This document shows positions 8,911 through 18,552 of a stretch of 64,000 nt of DNA, in pieces. The stretch is from Candidatus Bipolaricaulota bacterium. Its GTDB lineage: Bacteria; Bipolaricaulota; Bipolaricaulia; RBG-16-55-9; DRXL01. Made by a program: the position numbers and the translations under genes. Under the pieces are notes generated by a model, which worked only from the letters and a program-made list of their open reading frames with translations, ran no database searches and was not told the DNA's origin. The stretch's first letter is position 1; each line of letters opens with the position of its first letter. The stretch lies in the NCBI GenBank assembly GCA_025060395.1, contig JANXCC010000004.1, positions 37,454 through 101,453 of the forward strand, given 5' to 3'.

Positions 8911-10077
8911 ATGGCTGACGTGGTGATTGTCGACGCGGTGCGCACACCAATGGGTCGGTTCCAAGGGCGGCTTGCTCAATTTAGTTCGACGGAGCTTGGA
9001 GCTGCCGTGATCCGTGCTCTCAAAGAGCGCATGCATCTTAAGGGCGACGAAGTTGATGAAGTCATCATGGGGCAAGTAGTGCAAGCGGGTTCGGGCCAAG
9101 CCCCAGCACGTCAGGCCGCTATTCGGGGAGGCATCTCCCCAAGTGTGCCTGCCGTCACGATCAACAAGGTCTGTGGGTCAGGGCTGAAGGCCGTCATTAT
9201 GGCCGCCCAAGCGATTAAAGCCGGTGATGCTAAGATCGTCATCGCCGGCGGGATGGAGTCGATGAGCAACACGCCCTACTTGCTGAAGGGCGCTCGCGCG
9301 GGCTTTAAGTTTGGCGATCAGAAGCTTGTCGATGCCATGATATATGACGGGCTGTGGTGTGCGTTTGAGAACCAGCATATGGGGATGGCCGCTGAGTACA
9401 CGGCCGCCAAGTCGAGAATTACTCGTGAGGAGCAGGATCGCTTCGCATACGAGAGCCATATGAAGGCCGTGGCGGCGATAAAGGCTGGGAAATTCGCTCA
9501 GGAGCTGATTCCCCTCGAAGGCAAGGACGGTCCGATCACCGAAGACGAGACCCCGCGTCCCGACACGTCGCTCGAGAAATTAGCCAAGCTCAAGCCCGCC
9601 TTTAAAGAAGGGGGCACGGTAACGGCGGGGAACGCTCCGGGGCTGAATGACGGAGCTTCGGCGCTCCTGATTATGTCCAGCGATGAAGCCAAGAAGCGCG
9701 GCTACAAGCCATTAGCAAAGATTGTAGATTACGCCATAGCCGCCACCGAGCCTATTGATCTCTTCTACGCCCCCGTCGAGTCGACCAAGAAGCTCTTAGC
9801 CAAGATGAAGCTCTCTGTGAACGACTTCGATCTTATCGAGGTGAACGAAGCGTTCGCCGCTCAGACGCTTGCCGACGGTAAGGAGTTAGGGTGGGACTGG
9901 GCGCGGGTCAACGTGCATGGTGGAGCCATAGCGCTGGGGCACCCCATCGGGGCCAGCGGCGCTCGGATTCTGACGACGCTCGTGTGGGCCATGCGTGATC
10001 GCCAGGCTCAGTTGGGCCTCGCGACGATCTGCATGGGTGGCGGCATGGGGATCTCCTTGGCGGTGGAGCAGCTATGA
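8911..10077 (+). CDS. acetyl-CoA C-acetyltransferase (thiolase II)
   Basis: VCGSGLKA active Cys, NEAFAAQ, GHPIGASGARIL, CMGGGMG. Confidence 0.92.
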   Translation: MADVVIVDAVRTPMGRFQGRLAQFSSTELGAAVIRALKERMHLKGDEVDEVIMGQVVQAGSGQAPARQAAIRGGISPSVPAVTINKVCGSGLKAVIMAAQAIKAGDAKIVIAGGMESMSNTPYLLKGARAGFKFGDQKLVDAMIYDGLWCAFENQHMGMAAEYTAAKSRITREEQDRFAYESHMKAVAAIKAGKFAQELIPLEGKDGPITEDETPRPDTSLEKLAKLKPAFKEGGTVTAGNAPGLNDGASALLIMSSDEAKKRGYKPLAKIVDYAIAATEPIDLFYAPVESTKKLLAKMKLSVNDFDLIEVNEAFAAQTLADGKELGWDWARVNVHGGAIALGHPIGASGARILTTLVWAMRDRQAQLGLATICMGGGMGISLAVEQL

Positions 10078-10727
10078 AAGATACATGGATCTGGATTCTG
10101 ATCGCAGCTCTGGCCGGTTTTCTCGCGGCCTATCTGCTCCTTCAGCCCAGGCGCGAGCAGCCTATTGATCAGCCTCTTCCAGGACAAACAGCTCCTAGGG
10201 ACTTGCTAGACGAGCCAGCTCAGGGCGCCGCAGAGGCCCCAGTCACGATCATTGAATTTGCCGACTTTAGGTGCGGTTTCTGCGTGAGACATTTCGTTCA
10301 GACTCTGCCCATTCTCTATGAAGAGTACATTCAGACGGGGAAGGTGCGCTATATCTTTCGCAATTTTCCGATCTTAGGGGTGCAGTCGCGCTGGGCTGCT
10401 TTAGCCGCAGAGTGCGCTCACGAACAGGGACGCTTTTGGGAGTATCACGATAAGCTCTTTGCGCTGACCCAGCAAGGCCAGGAGTTTCTGCGCTCGCGTC
10501 TTAAGAGCGTAGCAGCAGAGCTTGGCCTTGACGCGGCCCGGTTTGAGAGTTGCTTGGACTCACAAAAGTATCTTGAAGAAGTGCAAGAAGATCTGGCCCT
10601 AGGCCAGAAGGAGGGCATCACAGGCACCCCAGCGTTCCTCATCAACGGGGAGCTGCTCATCGGGGCACAGCCCATCACGGTCTTTCGCCAGAAGATCGAA
10701 GAGGCGCTGGCTAAGACCGGTCGCTAG
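10074..10727 (+). CDS. membrane-anchored DsbA-family thiol:disulfide oxidoreductase
   Basis: N-terminal TM and a CGFC active site in FADFRCGFCVRH. ATGA overlap with the thiolase stop. Confidence 0.8.
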   Translation: MKDTWIWILIAALAGFLAAYLLLQPRREQPIDQPLPGQTAPRDLLDEPAQGAAEAPVTIIEFADFRCGFCVRHFVQTLPILYEEYIQTGKVRYIFRNFPILGVQSRWAALAAECAHEQGRFWEYHDKLFALTQQGQEFLRSRLKSVAAELGLDAARFESCLDSQKYLEEVQEDLALGQKEGITGTPAFLINGELLIGAQPITVFRQKIEEALAKTGR

Positions 10728-10733
10728 AATCAC

Positions 10734-10762
10734 TTGACAAGCGAGATCCTTCATGCTATACT
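10734..10762 (+). promoter_or_regulatory. near-consensus sigma70 promoter of csp
   Basis: TTGACA 10734..10739, 17-nt spacer, TATACT 10757..10762. Confidence 0.65.
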
Positions 10763-10901
10763 GCACTGTGCTTGCTCTCAGGAGTGGCACGGGAGCAAGA
10801 ACACATGGCTGTCAGAGTCAATGACGTTGCCGGTGGCTGAACCCTCCGGCCAAGTCGTTGTCGTCGAGCAGTCAAATCTAGGCCACAAGGAGGGAGGTCA
10901 C

Positions 10902-11108
10902 ATGGCGACGGGCAAAGTCAAGTGGTTCAACGACGCCAAGGGCTATGGGTTCATCCAGCAAGATAATGGTGGCCCGGACGTCTTCGTGCACTTCTCGGCC
11001 ATCAGAGCCGAAGGCTTTAAGACTTTGCGCGAAGGACAAGCCGTCGAGTTCGATATCGAACAAGACCCCAAGGGCCTACGCGCCGCCAACGTCCGGGTGA
11101 AGAGCTGA
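10902..11108 (+). CDS. cspA: cold-shock protein (CspA family)
   Basis: [18 protein letters not shown]...VFVHFSAI contains the RNP1/RNP2 motifs. GGAGG precedes ATG 10902. Confidence 0.95.
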   Translation: MATGKVKWFNDAKGYGFIQQDNGGPDVFVHFSAIRAEGFKTLREGQAVEFDIEQDPKGLRAANVRVKS

Positions 11109-11135
11109 TCAGTAGTAAACATCGCTTGTATGCCC

Positions 11136-11169
11136 AATCGTCCCAGTCCAGGACTGGGACGATTCTTTT
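11136..11169. terminator. hairpin terminator between convergent csp and peptidase genes
   Basis: AATCGTCCCAGTCC-a-GGACTGGGACGATT followed by CTTTTC. Confidence 0.6.
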
Positions 11170-13014
11170 CTAGCCTCCTTGGAATGCGCGCGCGAAGAAG
11201 TCTACCAGGCTCAGATAGAGAGTCTTTTGATTGCTCGGGCGCATGATCCCGTGCCCTTCGTCGTCGAAGACAAGCACTTCATAGGGAATCCCGACGCGAT
11301 CCAGAGCTGCTCTGACGGCGCGGACGTTCTCGGGAGTGACGTTGGGATCGCGCGCTCCTTGGACGATCAGAAGCTTGCCCCGAATGTGCTGTACGAAATT
11401 GATGGGCGAGCGCTCGTAGTATTTTTGTGGGACTTGCTCTGGGGAGCCGCCCATCATCTCTTCACTATAGGGGCGCAAGTCTGGGCGCGTCGTTTGATAG
11501 TCTACGACGAGATCGGTCATGCCGCAGACAGGCGCTGCAGCAGCAACGATCTCTGGAGGCCAGCGCGTGATCGCGCACCAGCACGAGTACCCGCCATACG
11601 AAGTCCCAGTGACGCCGACCTTGCCCGGCTGAGCGATTCCCAGTTTTAGGAGATGTTCGATGCCCGTGCGAATGTCGTCTTGCTCTCGGCCACCCCAGCC
11701 GTCTTCTTTGATCTTCTCTTGGAACGCCAAGCCAAAGCCGGTGCTCCCGCGATAGTTGGGATCGAAGACGTGAAAGCCTTGAGACACGAAGAACTGAATC
11801 TGGACGCTGAAGCGATCTTCACTGTGAGCCGTAGGGCCGCCGTGGATATAGACGATCGTGCCCTTGGGCTTTGGAGCTCGGGTGCGATAGAGCCAGCCTT
11901 GGATCTCTAGATTATCTACGGAGCGCCAGCGTATCTCTTCGGCGGGAGTGAGATCTTGCGGGCGTACCGAGGTGCGCTCCCAGATGCGCGTCAGGCTTAC
12001 AAAGCGCTCGGGATGAATCGCGTCGAGCGAGAAGCGCACAAGATCTGCAGGTTGGCGCGCGCTATAGTACTCTCCGATCCACTCAGTCTCTTGGGGATTA
12101 CACGGCGCGAGCGGGATGAGATTGCCTTCGATCTTGGGCAAGACAAATTCTTTGTGAGTTTTCGGGTCAAGCAGGGACGAGCGCACACGGGCTTGAGCGA
12201 TCTCGACAAGCACGATCTTCGAGCTGTTGGCTGGCACAAATGCGTATTCGATATTGCGCTGTGGGTCGTCGAGTAACCAAGTAATTTGCCCAGTACGCAT
12301 CTCCCAGACCCCAAGACGCCGATGGGTCTTGGCTTCGGCGAGAAAGAGCACGCGCTGGCCGTCGGGAAACCACGACGCTTCTATTTTGGCTGTTGGCCCA
12401 AAGTTCAAGATCTCTTGGTCGCTCTGGCCGTCAATATCTACGATCCAGATCTGAGTCCCCGCAGGATGGAGATCTTTTCGTGGGTAGAGAATGTGCGTCC
12501 CCTGGAGATTAAGCTTAGGAACGATATAGCCGCCGCGCTGCGGGCGCGCGAGCACCGTGCGCTCCCCCGTGAGTAAGTCATGGCGATAGATGAGCGTTGG
12601 CTCGATCTCTTGAGATTTTTCAAAGTCATAATTTGCGCCATAGACGAGCCAGCGGCCGTTGGAGTGGAGCTGACCTCCGCGTATATAGTAATTGGGACTG
12701 GGCTCGGTGAGCGGGACCATGACGCCGGGTCTTTCGATCTCTACGCGAAAGAGCCGCACGCGCTCGTCGCCGCCCCTGTCTTCTTCGACAATAACAGCTT
12801 TGCTATCTGGAGTCCAAGAGACGACAAAAGTATTCTCAGAAGTCTCAGTCAAGCGTATGGGAGAGCGTGAGCCATCCGCAGGCGCGAGAAAGACATCGGC
12901 TGCTGGGCCGACGCGAAACCACGTCCACGCCACCCACTTGCCGTCGGGAGAGACCAGCGGATCTACTAGACCGGGGATGTTGAGCAATGCATCTAAAAAC
13001 TCTTGGGGACTCAT
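11170..13014 (-). CDS. S9-family serine peptidase (prolyl oligopeptidase/acylaminoacyl peptidase type)
   Basis: 614 aa. The N-terminal half is propeller-like. GTSYGGY nucleophile elbow and C-terminal D/H region. Confidence 0.85.
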   Translation of the reverse strand: MSPQEFLDALLNIPGLVDPLVSPDGKWVAWTWFRVGPAADVFLAPADGSRSPIRLTETSENTFVVSWTPDSKAVIVEEDRGGDERVRLFRVEIERPGVMVPLTEPSPNYYIRGGQLHSNGRWLVYGANYDFEKSQEIEPTLIYRHDLLTGERTVLARPQRGGYIVPKLNLQGTHILYPRKDLHPAGTQIWIVDIDGQSDQEILNFGPTAKIEASWFPDGQRVLFLAEAKTHRRLGVWEMRTGQITWLLDDPQRNIEYAFVPANSSKIVLVEIAQARVRSSLLDPKTHKEFVLPKIEGNLIPLAPCNPQETEWIGEYYSARQPADLVRFSLDAIHPERFVSLTRIWERTSVRPQDLTPAEEIRWRSVDNLEIQGWLYRTRAPKPKGTIVYIHGGPTAHSEDRFSVQIQFFVSQGFHVFDPNYRGSTGFGLAFQEKIKEDGWGGREQDDIRTGIEHLLKLGIAQPGKVGVTGTSYGGYSCWCAITRWPPEIVAAAAPVCGMTDLVVDYQTTRPDLRPYSEEMMGGSPEQVPQKYYERSPINFVQHIRGKLLIVQGARDPNVTPENVRAVRAALDRVGIPYEVLVFDDEGHGIMRPSNQKTLYLSLVDFFARAFQGG

Positions 13015-14372
13015 AGTCGTGCCTCTAAGGCTTTCAGAGCGATCTTACTCAGCACTTTCACCCCAAACTCTAAGCTCTCTATATCGACGCGCTCGTTGTC
13101 GCCGTGAATGAGCTTCTCTCGGTCTGCGAGACTCATCTTCGTTGAGAGTGGGCAGAATCCGTAAGATTTTACGCCCAGCTCGCGCACGAAGCGCGAATCC
13201 GTCGCGCCTGTCAACATAATTGGGATCGTTTCGACGCCGGGAAGCTCTTCTTTTACGGTGCTCTCGATCAGCTTATAGAGGGGGTCATCGATAGGCGACT
13301 CAGAGACATCGTGTTGTTGGATTGTCTCGATCTCGATGTCGTTCTTATATCTTTCTGCGAGCTCCAACAGCGTCTCGCGTACTTTCTGTTGAGTGTAGCC
13401 AGGCACCAGCCGACAGTCTAAGACGAATTCACAGCTATCAGGGATGACGTTTTCTTTGACCCCCGCGTGGATCATCGTGGGCGAGATCGTCGTGCGCACA
13501 AGAGCATTGAGCAGAGTCGCGCTGATAGGTGAGTCCTTGGGCAGCAGCGAGAGATCGAGCTCTTGGGATTCGTCTACCAGCACGAGCGCGAGCTTTTTGA
13601 TCTCTGGGCCAAGAGCTTCACCGGCTTTGAGAATAAACTCGCGCACTGCTGGGGCGATTTTTTTCGGGAATCTATAGTTCGAGACGCGATCGATAATATA
13701 TGCAGCTTTCGCGAGTGCGTTATCAGGATGTGGGAGCGAGCCGTGCCCCGAGGTGCCCTTGACGCGCACCTTGAACCACCACAGGCCCTTCTCCACGCTC
13801 TCGATGGTGTAAAAAATCTTGGAGCTGATCTGCAGAGGCAGGCCGCCGCCTTCCGTCAGACACCAATCAGCGCGAAGCTGCTCTGGATGAGTCTTCGCGA
13901 GCCATCCCGCACCATACGCGGAGCCCTTCTCTTCGTCGGCGGTCGCAGCAAAGATCAGCTCACCAGCAAAGTCTATCTTCATGCGCTGAAAGAGCGTGAA
14001 GACGCTATAGTGTATCGCTGTAATGTTCTTCATATCGAGAGCACCGCGCCCCCAGATGTACCCTTCAGCGATAGCTCCACTAAACGGGGGATACTTCCAT
14101 TTCTTGGGATCAGGCACAGGGACGACGTCCACATGCGAAAGCAATAAGAGCTTTTTGCCGGGGCGTCGGCCCCGCAACCGCGCAACCAAATTCGACCGCC
14201 CAGGCTCGCGCTCGAAGACTTCGCTGGAGATCCCTTCCGCAGCGAGTCTCTTTTGCAGATACTCAACAGCCTTGTATTCGTTACCCGGAGGGTTAGTCGT
14301 GTCTATTTGAATCAGCTCCGAAAGCATAAGTGTTGTTTCCTTGCCTAAAGCCGCCCAATCGACCTCTGGCAT
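13011..14372 (-). CDS. M20-family metallopeptidase
   Basis: ATG 14372 with GGAGG. LLLSHVDVVP, ATADEE and GATDSR motifs. 4-nt overlap with the S9 gene. Confidence 0.85.
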   Translation of the reverse strand: MPEVDWAALGKETTLMLSELIQIDTTNPPGNEYKAVEYLQKRLAAEGISSEVFEREPGRSNLVARLRGRRPGKKLLLLSHVDVVPVPDPKKWKYPPFSGAIAEGYIWGRGALDMKNITAIHYSVFTLFQRMKIDFAGELIFAATADEEKGSAYGAGWLAKTHPEQLRADWCLTEGGGLPLQISSKIFYTIESVEKGLWWFKVRVKGTSGHGSLPHPDNALAKAAYIIDRVSNYRFPKKIAPAVREFILKAGEALGPEIKKLALVLVDESQELDLSLLPKDSPISATLLNALVRTTISPTMIHAGVKENVIPDSCEFVLDCRLVPGYTQQKVRETLLELAERYKNDIEIETIQQHDVSESPIDDPLYKLIESTVKEELPGVETIPIMLTGATDSRFVRELGVKSYGFCPLSTKMSLADREKLIHGDNERVDIESLEFGVKVLSKIALKALEARL

Positions 14373-14482
14373 AGAAACCTCCATAACTCGTGAGAGTACG
14401 ATCATCGTACCTGAGCGATGGGGAATCTGTCAACCCTTCTTGCGACTTGACGCAACAAGAGGGAGCGTTTACCCTAAAGGGC

Positions 14483-15253
14483 ATGGACCCACGTGATCTC
14501 ATTGTTCAAGAGGAGTTTGATCGGCAAGCTGAGCGTTGGTTCCGACGTCAGCTCTCCCCTTACGAGCGCGCGATGTTAGAGCAAATCGCTCAGCTTGCTC
14601 AAGTCGGTCCGGCTGATCGCGTGCTCGACGTCGCCTGCGGCACAGGCTTGGTGAGCTTTGTCTTAGCGCCGTACGCTCGTGAGGTCGTGGGGATAGATAT
14701 CTCTCCGGGAATGCTGGCCAAAGCTCGGGAGATCCGGCACCGTCGCGAGGTGCGTAACGTACACTTTGTCTTAGGCGAAGCAGAACATATGCCCTTCAAG
14801 GATGGGGAGTTCGACGTCGTGGTCTGTCGGTTGGCGATTCATCACTTTCCCCAACCCGAACGAGAGCTTCGAGAGATGGTCCGCGTGCTTAAACCTGGGG
14901 GACGCCTGGTGATCTCCGACACGGTCTCCTCGGAAGATGAGCGCGAGGCACGCCTGCACAACGCTTTAGAGCGCTTACGTGACCCTTCCCACGCCCGGAT
15001 GCTTGCGCCTACAGAGCTCGTCCACCTTATTGAGCGCATAGGCGTGCGGGTCCAGGAGCGCTTACTTCAGCGCCGTGATCGCACCTATGACGACTGGATG
15101 GACGTGATCAACGATCCAATCCGCACGGAGAACTTGAAGATAGTCATGGAGGAGTTAGCGCGCGCTGGGAGAGGTGCCGGGCTGCGGCTTCGCATAGAAG
15201 ACGGGCAACTCTGGCTCACTCATACGATTGCAGTGATAAAAGCGATCAAGTGA
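14483..15253 (+). CDS. class I SAM-dependent methyltransferase
   Basis: VLDVACGTG motif I and the Methyltransf_11 pattern. Start chosen at ATG 14483. Confidence 0.8.
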   Translation: MDPRDLIVQEEFDRQAERWFRRQLSPYERAMLEQIAQLAQVGPADRVLDVACGTGLVSFVLAPYAREVVGIDISPGMLAKAREIRHRREVRNVHFVLGEAEHMPFKDGEFDVVVCRLAIHHFPQPERELREMVRVLKPGGRLVISDTVSSEDEREARLHNALERLRDPSHARMLAPTELVHLIERIGVRVQERLLQRRDRTYDDWMDVINDPIRTENLKIVMEELARAGRGAGLRLRIEDGQLWLTHTIAVIKAIK

Positions 15254-16582
15254 TCACTCGTAGCGCAGGGCTTCGATGGGATTGACCCGGGCTGCTTGCC
15301 AAGCTGGATAGAGCCCACTCAAGATCCCAACAGCTATCCCCGTTAACACCGCGATAAGATACCAGGTGGGCACAAACACGAAGGGGATCTCGCGCAACCC
15401 TTGCACTAAAGCAACGGTCAATTTGATGAACCATACCGAGAGGAACATCCCCACGAGCACACCTAGCACCGCCCCTACTACACAGATAATTGTCGATTCA
15501 GTGAGGAAGAGCTTAAGCACCGCAGCACGCGTCGCTCCTGTGGCTTTCATCACCCCGATCTCGCGCGTCCGCTCCTTCACCGTGATGAGCATAATGTTCA
15601 TCACGCCGATCATCCCCACAAGCAGCGCGACGAGCGCGATCGCCCCTAAGAACGCCGTAAACTGCAAGAAACTCTTCTTGATCTCGTTAATGATCTCTTC
15701 CAGGGTGTTGATCTCGACTCTCTTCTCCTCACCAAGGAGCTTGCGCGCATCCGAAGAGTTCGGGTTATTAAAGTACTCTTCAACGGCCTTTTTGACAGCA
15801 CCAAGCTGCCCCAGCTCAGAGACACTCACGATGACGCCAGAATAGACAGGCACTTCGACGCCATCTATCGTCTCGGTAAATCCTTGATAGTCAGAGCTGA
15901 CATAGCATGCTGTGCCGATAATAAACTGCGAGTCTTTGACAATCCCTACGATCCGAAGCTCGTCTTCTCTCAACTGGCCATCAGAGGATAAAAACCGTAA
16001 CTTCAGCGGTTGCCCTAGGATGCGCTGGGCAAGCTCTGGCTTGGTTCCTGGGCTCTTGCACTCGTCTGTAAGGGCCTCGTCGTTTTCGGGGATCTGGCGC
16101 TCTTCAGCTAAGATCCGCCGGCAGATCACTTCCGCGATGCGCGCCCCGATGACGATCTCGCCCTTCGCCTGGACGTTGCGCCCAACGTCGAGGGGGATGA
16201 GCTCTGTGCTCGTTGTGATGCGGGTCGTTGCGTCGAGCAGCCGTCGATTATTGAAGTAAAGGGCATCGCCGCGCACGCGCCCGATGACGTCAGCGGCCTT
16301 CACCCCTGGGATCTTTCTCAAATATTCGATATCGCGGGTGGAGAAGACCTGAGCCGTGCCGAAGAGCCCCGGGCTCCCTTCGACAGTCACTGTGATCATA
16401 TTGGCTCGCAAGAGATCTTTAGTGAGGGTATCAAGGAGCGCGTCTTGTAATCCCGTCGTCATGGTCACGATCGCGATCACCGCCGCGATTCCAATAGTAA
16501 CGCTGACGATGGCAAGCGCATTGCGCAGCTTATGCGCGCGGATGTTCGTCCAGCTGAGCTGGAACGCTTCTCTTAGGCTCAT
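15254..16582 (-). CDS. MacB/FtsX-type ABC transporter permease (second module)
   Basis: 442 aa with the same architecture as 1275..2471 (REIGVMKATGATRAAVLKLFLTES). Confidence 0.85.
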   Translation of the reverse strand: MSLREAFQLSWTNIRAHKLRNALAIVSVTIGIAAVIAIVTMTTGLQDALLDTLTKDLLRANMITVTVEGSPGLFGTAQVFSTRDIEYLRKIPGVKAADVIGRVRGDALYFNNRRLLDATTRITTSTELIPLDVGRNVQAKGEIVIGARIAEVICRRILAEERQIPENDEALTDECKSPGTKPELAQRILGQPLKLRFLSSDGQLREDELRIVGIVKDSQFIIGTACYVSSDYQGFTETIDGVEVPVYSGVIVSVSELGQLGAVKKAVEEYFNNPNSSDARKLLGEEKRVEINTLEEIINEIKKSFLQFTAFLGAIALVALLVGMIGVMNIMLITVKERTREIGVMKATGATRAAVLKLFLTESTIICVVGAVLGVLVGMFLSVWFIKLTVALVQGLREIPFVFVPTWYLIAVLTGIAVGILSGLYPAWQAARVNPIEALRYE

Positions 16583-17265
16583 CGGCGTTCATCTCCTACG
16601 AGTTTACCATCTAAGAGATAGAGGACTCGGCGGGCGTACGAAGCAACGGTGGCATCGTGCGTGACCACGACGACTGTTCGCCCGGCTCTATTGAGCTCGA
16701 CGAAGAGCTCTAGGATAGTCTTGCCTGTCTTAGTGTCGAGATTACCCGTGGGTTCATCAGCCAAGAGGATCTTAGGGTCATTGGCGAGAGCCCGTGCGAT
16801 GGCGACGCGCTGGCGCTCGCCGCCAGAGAGTTCGCTGGGCAAGTGATGAAGTCTGTGGCCTAAACCTACGCTCTCGAGGAGCTCTTGCGCACGGCGGCGC
16901 CGCTCCTTGGGAGGGATCTTGTCTAGGAACGTCATAGGGAGTAAGACATTGGCGAGGGCGTCGATTCGAGGGATGAGATTGAACGTCTGAAAGACGAAGC
17001 CGATATACGCACCACGCAGCCGCGCTAACTGCCGGTCGCTCAGCCGCGAGATATCAGTCCCGTTGATCGAGATCGTTCCTGAGCTGGGCTTGTCCAAACA
17101 CCCAATAAGGTTCAGAAGGGTGCTCTTACCGGAGCCCGACGGCCCCATGATCGCCACGAATTCCCCCTCTTCAAGAGAGAAGCTCACGCCGTCGAGTGCC
17201 ACGACGTGCACCTTATCCATCTGATAGATCTTGGTGACGTTCTGTGCAGAGACGACAGCCCCCAT
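16579..17265 (-). CDS. ABC transporter ATP-binding protein (second module)
   Basis: [28 protein letters not shown]. Confidence 0.9.
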   Translation of the reverse strand: MGAVVSAQNVTKIYQMDKVHVVALDGVSFSLEEGEFVAIMGPSGSGKSTLLNLIGCLDKPSSGTISINGTDISRLSDRQLARLRGAYIGFVFQTFNLIPRIDALANVLLPMTFLDKIPPKERRRRAQELLESVGLGHRLHHLPSELSGGERQRVAIARALANDPKILLADEPTGNLDTKTGKTILELFVELNRAGRTVVVVTHDATVASYARRVLYLLDGKLVGDERR

Positions 17266-17270
17266 GGTGA

Positions 17271-18053
17271 TTATTTGAGCACCTCAAACCCCTCAGGGAA
17301 GAGATCGTGGCGATAGCCGATGAGGCGGGTTGTCGCTGACTCCCCTGCAAATCCCCAGAGGGTGCCATCGCTGGAAGAAAAAATCTCTAAAGAGAATTCA
17401 CCGTCAGCGCGCTTAAGCCTGGCGCGCTGGGCCTCGAGGATCTTCGTTCCGCTTTTGATCTTCACCGGACTGAGGCGCTCTACGGTCAATTCGATCAAGG
17501 GCTTCTCGATATTCGTTGGATCCAACGCAAGAAAAGTCCTCTTCTGCTCTTTCATCTTGAGTGTGATGATCTTCTGAATCACGATCAACTGTCCGGCGGC
17601 GATGCCCGTCGTGATGAACTCATCTTCTAGGAGGACTTCGCGCGCTTGGTTATTCTCCTTGCCATCGGTGCTCTTAAACTGAAAGGCGATCTTGGCAAGC
17701 TGACCCTCAACTTTGACGGTTACGGTGAGCTTTCCACGCGCTGTCTCCGACTGCAGCGAGTACTCTAAGAGCTTCCAATCTTTATTCACAGTGATCGTCT
17801 CGTTGAAGAGCTTATCGGTTTCAAACTGTGAGATCAGCTCTTGGGACTTGGCTATAAAGCTGGAGCTGAGCTTGAGTCTGTTCTGATCGAGCTCTTCGAT
17901 CTTGAAAGACTCTTCTCCTGCAATCTCGCTCTTAGCGGTGGTCTTGCTGATAGTTTGATAGAGAAACTTCCCAGAGTCCACAGGCCTTTGAACGATCTCT
18001 GTCAGGACCCATACCAACGTCGCTGCCCATAGCACAGCAAGAATCGTGCGCAC
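17271..18053 (-). CDS. hypothetical exported protein, first gene of the second ABC module
   Basis: 260 aa. GTG start with AAGGAGG. N-terminal anchor MRTILAVLWAATLVWVL. Lys/Glu-rich and AT-richer than its neighbours by eye. Confidence 0.6.
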   Translation of the reverse strand: MRTILAVLWAATLVWVLTEIVQRPVDSGKFLYQTISKTTAKSEIAGEESFKIEELDQNRLKLSSSFIAKSQELISQFETDKLFNETITVNKDWKLLEYSLQSETARGKLTVTVKVEGQLAKIAFQFKSTDGKENNQAREVLLEDEFITTGIAAGQLIVIQKIITLKMKEQKRTFLALDPTNIEKPLIELTVERLSPVKIKSGTKILEAQRARLKRADGEFSLEIFSSSDGTLWGFAGESATTRLIGYRHDLFPEGFEVLK

Positions 18054-18481
18054 GGTCTCCTCCTTGGTAGTTTAGGGTACCGTGTATTATATCCCAAAGA
18101 GTGGTGCTCAGGACAGATGACGGATATTCAGTTCTGTAGGGTCTTTGATCGAAGTAAAGAATAGATTTGTTCGATGCCATCAAAATAAAGATCGAGCAAG
18201 TGCGATTTATGCTCAACAGAAGAGGGGTTGCATCTCTTCCTCCTTGTGCCCGTGTCAGAAGTCGGGACCCTTGGGGTATCATAAGGGCGATTAAGGGTGC
18301 ACTCATCACCTCCTTGAGCAGAGGGCTTGGCCCGCGCATGGTGCATCCGAGAGCGAGCTCTCATGAGCTCGCCGGCGGTCCAGGGTTTTGCCCGTACCCC
18401 CAGCGGGATTTTTCCCCAGACCGCTAAGGAGGCGGTTCGAGTCCGTATGGGTCAAGCCCTCCCTCCTTCCTCCATTCCTCG

Positions 18482-18510
18482 TTGACACGATCGCTAGGGA
18501 ATGCTACAAT
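18482..18510 (+). promoter_or_regulatory. consensus-like sigma70 promoter of the hydrolase gene
   Basis: TTGACA 18482..18487, 17-nt spacer, TACAAT 18505..18510. Confidence 0.6.
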
Positions 18511-18552
18511 CCTTGCACAGCCCGGAGAGGCCGTAGAATCCAAGGAGGCTTC

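Noticed and set aside
18425-18455. A tRNA or tmRNA fragment suggested by GGCGGTTCGAGTCCG.
   Set aside because: There is no complementary T-stem 3' strand, acceptor stem or anticodon arm on either strand, so this is probably a chance match.
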